Shown here in pieces: positions 48,314-55,792 of a DNA stretch of 55,792 bases. Origin of the DNA: Clostridia bacterium (GTDB lineage: Bacteria > Bacillota > Clostridia > Oscillospirales > CAG-272). The position numbers and the translations under genes are program-made. The stretch spans positions 1-55,792 of the forward strand of contig JAFXKJ010000156.1 in the NCBI GenBank assembly GCA_017531765.1, given 5' to 3'. The notes beneath the pieces were generated by a model that was not told the DNA's origin, ran no database searches, and was given only the letters and a program-made list of their open reading frames with translations. Each line of letters opens with the position of its first letter. Position 1 is the first letter of the stretch.

Positions 48314-49234
48314 ATGACAATGGAACAGATCCTCGAGGATATCAAATCCCCGAGAATTAAAAAAGTTATTCACGATGCAGACATGGGCATGGAGATGGAC
48401 GATCAGTATGCGCTGGCTTTCTGTATCGGAGCCAAGGACAGGATAGAGCTTATTTCCGCACAGGCAGCCACATTCGGCAAGGGACCTGAGTGTGATTATT
48501 TCCGAGGAATGGAAGCAAGCTACAATGAGATCATAAAGGTGTTGAACGTTTGCGGCGTATCCGACAAGTATCCCGCCTACAAGGGTCCCACCCGTCCTAT
48601 GAGTTTCGGCGAGCCGGTTGACTGCGACGCGGCGAGAAACATCATCAATATGTCAAAGAAGTACAAGGGCGAGATCATATACGTGCTGGCAACGGGATGC
48701 TGTACAAACGTTTCCTCCGCATTTCTCATGGATCCCTCAATTAAAGAAAACGTAGTTGTGGTTTGGCTTGGCGGAACCTGCCTTGAAAACGACAGCGAGC
48801 TTGCGGGTGAATGTAACCTTTCCTGGGACAGAGTTGCGGGACAGTACCTCATGTCACTTGACATTCCCCTCATTTACCTCCCCGCATACGACCACGGTAC
48901 CTGCGTTCTTGAGATCACCCGCGCAACTCTGAACGAGGCGTTTAAGGGTGACACATCTGTTGACCGTTTCTTCCGTGATGAGCTTCCCGACAGATATTCC
49001 AAGGAAGCGTATTACGTAAACGGATTCTGGAAGAGGGTACTCTTTGACGTTGCGGCTCCTGCGGTGCTTACAAATCCGGAAGCATACGATTTCAGAATCG
49101 TTCCCGCACCCTCTATCACAGACGAGGGAAGGTACGCATTTGACTGCACCCGTCACAAGATCATCTATATGGAAAAGATGGAAGCCGAGCCTGTGCTTGA
49201 AGCTACATGGAAGTACATGAACAATATCCTGTAA
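48314..49234 (+). CDS. Nucleoside hydrolase family protein
   Basis: DADMGMEMDDQYAL (DxDxxxDD-like), TNV, VWLGG, ECNL..D. Confidence 0.85.
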   Translation: MTMEQILEDIKSPRIKKVIHDADMGMEMDDQYALAFCIGAKDRIELISAQAATFGKGPECDYFRGMEASYNEIIKVLNVCGVSDKYPAYKGPTRPMSFGEPVDCDAARNIINMSKKYKGEIIYVLATGCCTNVSSAFLMDPSIKENVVVVWLGGTCLENDSELAGECNLSWDRVAGQYLMSLDIPLIYLPAYDHGTCVLEITRATLNEAFKGDTSVDRFFRDELPDRYSKEAYYVNGFWKRVLFDVAAPAVLTNPEAYDFRIVPAPSITDEGRYAFDCTRHKIIYMEKMEAEPVLEATWKYMNNIL

Positions 49235-49255
49235 GTCAGCGAACCGATATACCGT

Positions 49256-49291
49256 AAAAAACTTCTCTCCTACACGGAGGGAAGTTTTTTT
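49256..49291 (+). terminator. Intrinsic terminator
   Basis: AAAAAACTTCTCTCC-TACAC-GGAGGGAAGTTTTTT. Confidence 0.85.
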
Positions 49292-49387
49292 GTAAAATCG
49301 AAGTAAAATATGAAATATTCAGTTGTATTTCGTCAAATAATATGTTAGAATTGCTAAGATAGCTATACTTCAGAACGGAGAAATCAC

Positions 49388-50494
49388 ATGGAAATATTAT
49401 ATCAAAATATTCTTGAGATCGAATGGAGACAGGTCGTAATGTGGGTGATCGGCGCTGTCCTCATTTTCCTTGCCATCAAAAAGGATATGGAGCCCACACT
49501 CCTTCTCCCCATGGGATTCGGAGCAATCCTCGTAAACCTTCCCTTCTCGGGAGCCGCACACGTGGTTGACCGACTTTTCGATGTTGGTATCGACAACGGC
49601 GAGCTGATGCCGCTGCTCCTATTTATCGGCATCGGTGCCATGATCGACTTCTCGCCCCTTCTGACAAACCCCAAGCTGATGCTGTTCGGAGCTGCCGCCC
49701 AGTTCGGGATATTCTTTACTCTGTGTCTGGCTTCCTTCTTGGGATACGACCTCAACGATGCGGCATCCATCGCCATCATCGGCGCGGCAGACGGTCCTAC
49801 GTCCATCTTCGTGGCGCAGATGCTGAAATCAAATTATCTCCCCGCTATTATGGTTGCGGCATATTCATACATGGCACTTGTTCCCGTGGTACAGCCGCCC
49901 ATCATCAAGCTTTGCACCACAAAGAAAGAGCGTCTCATCCGTATGGATCAAAAGACGTATAACGTATCGAAAACCACGAAGATAATCTTCCCCATCGCGG
50001 TAACCATCATCGTCGGTCTCGTTGCCCCCGATGCGGTAGCTCTTATAGGGTTCCTCATGTTCGGTAATCTTATCCGCGAGTGCGGAGTGCTTAATTCACT
50101 TTCCGAGACAGCGCAGAAGGTACTTGCCAACCTTATAACCATACTGCTCGGTCTTACCATCGCCTCAAGAATGGTTGCAGATCAGTTTATACAGCTTGAC
50201 ACTCTCATTATCATCGGTCTCGGACTTTTTGCCTTCATCTTCGACACATTCGGCGGCATCATGCTTGCCAAGTTCATGAATCTGTTTATGAAAAACAAGA
50301 TCAACCCCATGATCGGCGCTGCGGGAATATCCGCTTTCCCCATGTCCTCCCGAGTAGTACACAAAATGGGACTTGCCGAGGACAATCAGAACTTTCTTCT
50401 CATGCACGCAGTTGGCGTGAACGTATCGGGACAGATCGCATCCGTTATCGCAGGCGGTCTGCTTCTCACCATAGTCAAAGGCTTGATTGCCTGA
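49388..50494 (+). CDS. oadB: Na+-translocating decarboxylase beta subunit (OadB/GcdB)
   Basis: EPTLLLPMGFG, GAAAQFGIF, IGAADGPTSI, AAYSYMALVP, GISAFPMSSRV. Confidence 0.92.
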   Translation: MEILYQNILEIEWRQVVMWVIGAVLIFLAIKKDMEPTLLLPMGFGAILVNLPFSGAAHVVDRLFDVGIDNGELMPLLLFIGIGAMIDFSPLLTNPKLMLFGAAAQFGIFFTLCLASFLGYDLNDAASIAIIGAADGPTSIFVAQMLKSNYLPAIMVAAYSYMALVPVVQPPIIKLCTTKKERLIRMDQKTYNVSKTTKIIFPIAVTIIVGLVAPDAVALIGFLMFGNLIRECGVLNSLSETAQKVLANLITILLGLTIASRMVADQFIQLDTLIIIGLGLFAFIFDTFGGIMLAKFMNLFMKNKINPMIGAAGISAFPMSSRVVHKMGLAEDNQNFLLMHAVGVNVSGQIASVIAGGLLLTIVKGLIA

Positions 50495-50507
50495 AAGGAT
50501 ATATGTT

Positions 50508-50651
50508 ATGAATATCAGTGTTGAAAAGCTTATGGAAGCGCTTCCCATTATGGGAAAGGGAATGCTTGGAATCTTCGTGGTTACCTGCGTTATCATCGCC
50601 ATGGTTATGGTTCTTAACACGGTGACAAACACAAAGAAAAACGATCAGTAA
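50508..50651 (+). CDS. 47-aa OadG-related single-TM subunit (not in ORF track)
   Basis: GAAAGGA SD; MNISVEKLMEALPIMGKGMLGIFVVTCVIIAMVMVLNTVTNTKKNDQ; directly after oadB. Confidence 0.8.
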   Translation: MNISVEKLMEALPIMGKGMLGIFVVTCVIIAMVMVLNTVTNTKKNDQ

Positions 50652-50739
50652 ATTATCTTGGTAAAAGGTGTTCTCTCCTTTTACCATTGTGGATTTATCG
50701 GTGTGATGCGGTAGTCTAACCGAGTGGTGGCACTTTTTC

Positions 50740-50789
50740 GGGGGTACAGGGTTTAGCGTCTATCAAAAGACACTAACCCCTGTACCCCC
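50740..50789. terminator. Long hairpin between convergent genes
   Basis: GGGGGTACAGGG...CCCTGTACCCCC. Confidence 0.7.
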
Positions 50790-50799
50790 TTTATCATTA

Positions 50800-52473
50800 C
50801 TATTTTCTTTTGTTTTTCTTATTTTTCGGCTTGTTCTTATTATTCTTCTTTTTCCCCTTGCCCGATTCGATTTTAGACATCAAGGAATTTATCAGCCCCG
50901 TAAGATTTGAAATATCGCTGACCGATGCTTGGCGGTAACGGGTAACAACATCGGCGAGGCGTGCAAATGCTTCAAGCAGCTTATTATATGCTCCGCTGTT
51001 TTTGGTCTGAGCCTTTTCCTGTTTCTTCTTTGATACTCTGACTATCTCTCCGCGCTCTATACATTCTCCCGTTTCAAGGTCAAACACGTCTCCGCTGTAT
51101 GGCGCTTCCGCAAAGATACCTCGGCTTTCCGTGATTAGAGTGGCAAAGCTCTCACACACCTTATCATCCCCGTGATTTACGAAAACCTTCCTTGCGGGAG
51201 TCTTCATACTACTGAGCCATGAAAGAAGCATATCGCGGTCAGCGTGTCCACTGATCCCCGCAAGCGTCTCAACATGACACTTCACGGCGATCTCCTCGTT
51301 AAACAGCCGAACACACTTCTCACGGTTTATAATGCGTCTGCCCACCGTACCCTCGGACTGATAACCGACAAACAGAACCGTGGATTCCTCTCTCCACAGA
51401 TTGTGCTTCAGGTGATGTCTGATTCGTCCCGCCTCGCACATTCCCGACGCGGATATTATTACCTTCGGGGTTATGTCTGTGTTTATTAGCTTTGATTCGT
51501 CCGATGTAACGGATAGTCTGAGTCCGGGGAAAAGTATTGGATTCTTACCTGCTGAAAGAAGCTCCGTCGTTTCCTTATCGTAATACGGCGCAAGCAGGCT
51601 TGAAGCTGAATACACATTCGTAGCCTCAACGGCAAGAGGACTGTCAACATAAACAGGGAAACCGTCGTGGCCCTTGATTCTGCCCTCCTCCTTGATCCGA
51701 CGTATGAGATAAAGAAGCTCCTGAGTCCTACCAACTGCGAAGGATGGGATCACCACGTTTCCCCCGCGGTCAAGGGTACTTTGAATTATCCTTGTCATTT
51801 GGGACTCGTAATCGGGACGCTCGCCGTGGAGTCTGTCACCGTAGGTAGACTCGATCACGACGAAATCCGCGTCCATCGGTCCTTCGGGGTCCCTGATGAG
51901 AGGACGGGTCACGTTTCCAAGGTCGCCCGAAAAGAGAACACTTCGCTCCGTGCCACCTTCTCTCAGCTTCAGAAGTATACTTGATGAGCCGAGCAAATGT
52001 CCCGCATCGCTGAATGTGGCAGATACCCCGTCAAAAACTTCAAAGCTTTCTCCGTAGTGGTAAGTTTTGAAAAGCTTTAAGGTTGCTTCAACATCTGCCA
52101 GATTGTAAAGGGGCTCTACCTGCTCGCCGTCACGCCGCGCCGCCTTTCTGTTTTGCCACTCTGCTTCCGACTCCTGAATGTGAGCACTGTCACGGAGCAT
52201 GATCTCGCAAAGACGGTACGTTGCAAAAGTAGCATAGATATTTCCTCTGAATCCGTTCTTCACGAGGGCTGGAATCTTTCCCGAGTGGTCGATATGTGCG
52301 TGTGTCAAGAAAACCGCATCAATGTTCCCGGGAATCACGGGAATGTCATAATTCTCGTAGGTGTCAATTCCCTGCTCCATTCCGAAATCAACCAAAATGT
52401 TTTTACCCGCCGCTTCGATCAGCGTACATGAGCCTGTCACTTCATGTGCCGCACCAAGAAAAGTAATCTTCAT
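50800..52473 (-). CDS. Metallo-beta-lactamase/beta-CASP ribonuclease
   Basis: LGAAHEVTGS, THAHIDHSG, AGHLLGS, SGDLG, ESTYG, SASGM, SGHAD, NHG. Confidence 0.92.
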   Translation of the reverse strand: MKITFLGAAHEVTGSCTLIEAAGKNILVDFGMEQGIDTYENYDIPVIPGNIDAVFLTHAHIDHSGKIPALVKNGFRGNIYATFATYRLCEIMLRDSAHIQESEAEWQNRKAARRDGEQVEPLYNLADVEATLKLFKTYHYGESFEVFDGVSATFSDAGHLLGSSSILLKLREGGTERSVLFSGDLGNVTRPLIRDPEGPMDADFVVIESTYGDRLHGERPDYESQMTRIIQSTLDRGGNVVIPSFAVGRTQELLYLIRRIKEEGRIKGHDGFPVYVDSPLAVEATNVYSASSLLAPYYDKETTELLSAGKNPILFPGLRLSVTSDESKLINTDITPKVIISASGMCEAGRIRHHLKHNLWREESTVLFVGYQSEGTVGRRIINREKCVRLFNEEIAVKCHVETLAGISGHADRDMLLSWLSSMKTPARKVFVNHGDDKVCESFATLITESRGIFAEAPYSGDVFDLETGECIERGEIVRVSKKKQEKAQTKNSGAYNKLLEAFARLADVVTRYRQASVSDISNLTGLINSLMSKIESGKGKKKNNKNKPKNKKNKRK

Positions 52474-52646
52474 GTTTTACGCCACCCTTTCGTTAAGTTT
52501 CATCTATACAATTCAATTATAATATTATGTGCCGCTTTTTTCAAGTATATTTGATGAACGCATGATATATTTTTGTACCGTTCGTCTTGAATATCGTACT
52601 AAAATATGGTATACTACTTTCATCAATCATCGTTTGGGAGAAAAAT

Positions 52647-53714
52647 ATGCTTAATAATACCGTATACAAACTGAAAAATGACAAAGCTCTACGCGTGGCG
52701 TACTTCGGCGGTTCGATCACCGAGGGTGCGGGCTCCTCTAACCCCGAAAAGACCTGCTACAGAGCGAAGATGACAAAATACCTGAAGGACAAATTCCCCG
52801 ATTCCGATGTAACGGAGATCAATGCTGCCATCGGCGGCACAGGTACTTCTCTCGGTATGTTCAGAGTCAATCACGACGTACTTGACTACAAGCCCGACCT
52901 CATTTTCGTTGAATTTGCAACCAATGATTTCGGTGACTCCGAGGGGAACGTAATTCCTCAGACAGAGTCCATTATCCGCCGTATCAGAAGCACACTCCCC
53001 TGCTGTGATATAGTTTTTCTTTTCTCCACTGCGCTTATGGTAAAGGAGGAGCTTGACGCAGGCGGTAAGTTTGAGTCAAAGCTCGCGCAAAAGAAAGTTT
53101 GCGACCATTACGGCATTCTTACCGTGGATTTCGGGGAATATCTCCTTGATTACGTGTACAACAAGATGGGGAAGGTATACGAGGATTACGCTCCCGATAC
53201 TCTCCATCCCGGTGATAACGGATACGCGGTTATTACCGACTACATAATCAGCATCATTGGGCCTCTTCTTGACTCTGAGGCCGACACGTCTCTCACCCCT
53301 CACAGTCTCCAAGAAAAGCTTGATCCCATCTCCTCGGACAAGGGCGACATTATATATCCCGCAGAGCTTAACATTCTTTCCCTTGACGGTTTTGATGTGA
53401 AAAACGAAAAATACGACCGTTTCCCCTCATACCTTGCCTCGGAGAAGGGTGGCTCGGAATTTACCTTCTCGTTCTCTGGTTCAGGATTTGGCTTCTACAG
53501 AGCTCCCGGAGACGCGGGCGCGGATTTTATCCTTAACATCGACGGCGGAAACGACATTCTGAATCTCAGTTGGGACCGTGAGGTAAGATCCTTCCGCAGA
53601 ATGGCAAATGCTGTTGTAACAAAGACTCTTGAAGACACAGTCCACACGGTAAAGCTCAGAGTTTTGGGCGACGGCGAATTCCCCACAAGGATCGGCGGAA
53701 TCTTTGTCTGCTGA
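52647..53714 (+). CDS. SGNH/GDSL hydrolase family protein
   Basis: GGSITEG, NAAIGG, EFATND, DTLHP. Confidence 0.88.
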   Translation: MLNNTVYKLKNDKALRVAYFGGSITEGAGSSNPEKTCYRAKMTKYLKDKFPDSDVTEINAAIGGTGTSLGMFRVNHDVLDYKPDLIFVEFATNDFGDSEGNVIPQTESIIRRIRSTLPCCDIVFLFSTALMVKEELDAGGKFESKLAQKKVCDHYGILTVDFGEYLLDYVYNKMGKVYEDYAPDTLHPGDNGYAVITDYIISIIGPLLDSEADTSLTPHSLQEKLDPISSDKGDIIYPAELNILSLDGFDVKNEKYDRFPSYLASEKGGSEFTFSFSGSGFGFYRAPGDAGADFILNIDGGNDILNLSWDREVRSFRRMANAVVTKTLEDTVHTVKLRVLGDGEFPTRIGGIFVC

Positions 53715-53734
53715 ATCAGCATAACCCCGAAAAA

Positions 53735-53774
53735 AATGCTCTCGAATCTGCTTATAACTGATTCGGGAGCATTT
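53735..53774. terminator. Hairpin between convergent genes
   Basis: AAATGCTCTCGAATC-loop-GATTCGGGAGCATTT. Confidence 0.75.
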
Positions 53775-53791
53775 ATGTTATGCTTTATTTT

Positions 53792-55582
53792 TTACTTTGT
53801 GCCGACACTGCTGTCTTTTCGCTTTTCCTCTTCGGTAAGTTCATTAAAGGGCACGAGATCATGGTGCATCTTGCCAAGGTCGTTTCTGGATGCCTTGTCT
53901 CTTGAGCCGCTGTGAACGTAACCCTCGGCACGCATATAAGCGTTCCATCTGCGGTGTTCAAGTATCTCGATATTCCGTCTTTCCCCGTCAGTCAACTCAG
54001 ACTCGCACTTGTCAGCACCAAGAATTCCGCATTTGATTCTCGCTTTCATATGTATCGCCGATGCCATTGACGAACGGTAGCAATATTCGTAGGTCCAGAA
54101 TTCGTCCTCCTTGCCCCACTTGAGATGTCGCCTCAGTGCATCCTCCTCAAGCTCGGAATCGATTATAACTTCTTCCGTGTAGGAAGATTCTATATCGCCG
54201 ATAAAGTCAATTCGGTAATCCTGACCTCTGAAATTCTTTAGTCCTGTAAGAGCTCTCTTTTGCTGTGAATTATACACGATCGCCTGAATTACAGGGGCGA
54301 TGCCCATTCTCTCGAAATTCATGCGGAGATTGATAGCTGTTTTTATGTTTACGTCATCGTTACCAAGGGCAACAAGAACGTAGCTTGCATCCTTTATTTC
54401 ACGTATCTTCCCAACAAAGGTTGCGGTATCAACGTCAATATCGGAATGGATATCTATTCTGTAACGGGCATCTCCACTCAGATCCGCACCGTTATGCTCA
54501 TCCGACATCAGCTCGGGAGCCAACGCTGTGAATTTTTCCTCAGCAAGGGGATCCTTTTCAAAGACATTGATCTTAAGAGAATACCCGTCCATCTGACCGA
54601 ACCACGAAAGAGCTTTCAGCATTTCTGTTCCGTGGTGTCCGAGCCCTATGATAATTGCCGAAATCACCTTGTTTTCTTCACCGCACTCCACTGCGCTGTC
54701 GAAAATGATCTCACCATTGTCGTAAAGCACCCGGTTGATCAGTGATTTTGCCTCATTGATCCTCCGAACCTTAATATTTCCTCTGTCTATACTTGCAAGC
54801 AGACCCTCGCTTTCTATCTTTTTTGAAAACACAAAGAGGTCCACATTTTCTCTGTCTCTGTAGTTTTCAATAAGCTTAAGTGCGTGGTTGAGGTTTTCGG
54901 TCTCGTCTTCACCTATAGCAAAGAAGGATACCGACTTTTTAGGCGAATGTCTATCAAATTTCACTACAAGAATATCCTTCTTGAAGCAAATCGCCCCCAT
55001 ATCCTTTGCCATCTCCAAAAGCTCATAACTGTTTTCTTCGTTTTCTTCAAACACGTCCGTAAAAACGATGACGGCATTAGCGTGTTTCTTCTTTATGTCG
55101 CTTGCAAGTGTAAGGGATTTTTCGTTAAGCTCGGAAAAAATGTATGCGTCTCTGAAATACGATGTAATATATTTTGTATACGCGGAAATATTTTTGAACA
55201 GCGACAGCACAAATCCGAATGTAAACACAGGTGCAATAACAAGGAGGATTGACACCCACATCTGGTATATTCTATCAAGGAAATCGGGGCAAAAGCCCAT
55301 GCTGTCCGAGACGACACCGAACTCGCATCCCATGGCAAACACCTGCATCGAATTAAACAGGGAAAGCAGAACGGTCCTCACAGCTCCAAAAGCATCCGCA
55401 ACCGACGTTACACGATGCACGGGAAGAAAAATTATAAATACAGACAAAAACACACCCGCAAAAAGTGAGTTGAACAGATTCAACTTCCCCTTTGAAGTAA
55501 ATTTTCCTTTATTTACGACAAATGAAACCAATCCTGCAAGAAATATAATTCCGATTGACAGCAAAAAGCATAAAAGCCACAC
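53792..55582 (-). CDS. Membrane protein with TrkA/RCK-like Rossmann domains and C-terminal RyR-like domain
   Basis: Three TMs with an intervening pore-helix-like segment; IIGLGHHG; EHRRWNAY..EGY..HHDLVPFNELTEEEKRKD. Confidence 0.7.
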   Translation of the reverse strand: MWLLCFLLSIGIIFLAGLVSFVVNKGKFTSKGKLNLFNSLFAGVFLSVFIIFLPVHRVTSVADAFGAVRTVLLSLFNSMQVFAMGCEFGVVSDSMGFCPDFLDRIYQMWVSILLVIAPVFTFGFVLSLFKNISAYTKYITSYFRDAYIFSELNEKSLTLASDIKKKHANAVIVFTDVFEENEENSYELLEMAKDMGAICFKKDILVVKFDRHSPKKSVSFFAIGEDETENLNHALKLIENYRDRENVDLFVFSKKIESEGLLASIDRGNIKVRRINEAKSLINRVLYDNGEIIFDSAVECGEENKVISAIIIGLGHHGTEMLKALSWFGQMDGYSLKINVFEKDPLAEEKFTALAPELMSDEHNGADLSGDARYRIDIHSDIDVDTATFVGKIREIKDASYVLVALGNDDVNIKTAINLRMNFERMGIAPVIQAIVYNSQQKRALTGLKNFRGQDYRIDFIGDIESSYTEEVIIDSELEEDALRRHLKWGKEDEFWTYEYCYRSSMASAIHMKARIKCGILGADKCESELTDGERRNIEILEHRRWNAYMRAEGYVHSGSRDKASRNDLGKMHHDLVPFNELTEEEKRKDSSVGTK

Positions 55583-55616
55583 GGCAAAGACCTCGCAAAA
55601 ATAATATCTTTCCTAC

Positions 55617-55645
55617 ATTATACTTCCAATAGCAAAAATTGTCAA
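55617..55645 (-). promoter_or_regulatory. Consensus sigma-A promoter of the RyR-domain gene
   Basis: TTGACA(55645-40)-17bp-TATAAT(55622-17). Confidence 0.8.
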
Positions 55646-55769
55646 GCAAAAAAAGGTTCTATAATAAAAGTTGGGGTAGCTCCTGACAGATATCAAAAAA
55701 AGATAGGCATATCTGCAAAAATCTGATAAAATAAAGTTGACTAGACAAAACTTTATCGGAGGAGCAGGT

Positions 55770-55792
55770 ATGCCTACAGTCAATTATATCGA
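55770..55792 (+). CDS. Start of a gene running off the window (MPTVNYI...)
   Basis: GGAGGAG SD followed by ATG; only 7 codons visible. Confidence 0.5.

Overview
Chromosomal segment of a spore-forming Clostridia (Firmicutes) bacterium; spo0A and a spoVD/spoVE-type dcw cluster are present. Core content: partial fba, fucI, the dcw cluster (mraZ-rsmH-ftsL-PBP-murE-murF-mraY-ftsW-murG-ftsQ-ftsZ, lacking murD and ftsA), nfo-gatCAB, spo0A, two PPIases, a probable 6S RNA, ddh, oadB plus a small partner, and a beta-CASP nuclease. Accessory genes are scattered between these. No CRISPR array, rRNA, tRNA or complete transposase is visible. The most interesting signals are non-coding: (1) one palindrome, TTYAACY-N3-GGTTRAA, sits just upstream of the -35 box of all three dispersed XRE-HTH regulators, suggesting a shared paralog circuit; (2) an array of four hairpins, each followed by RTGAAAT, lies directly behind the 6S-like RNA; (3) an orphan pseudoknot-plus-terminator unit follows an Lgt paralog that is paired with a small Cys-rich membrane protein; (4) GTAG-type REP elements carry loop inserts; (5) a GCCG..CGGC hairpin recurs against ribosome-binding sites. 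Notable proteins: a channel-like TM/RCK/RyR-domain protein, a Spo0A with an atypical receiver near a degenerate GHKL protein, a divergent GatCAB, and three tandem orphan solute-binding lipoproteins. All family calls come from motif recognition by eye; no database searches were run.
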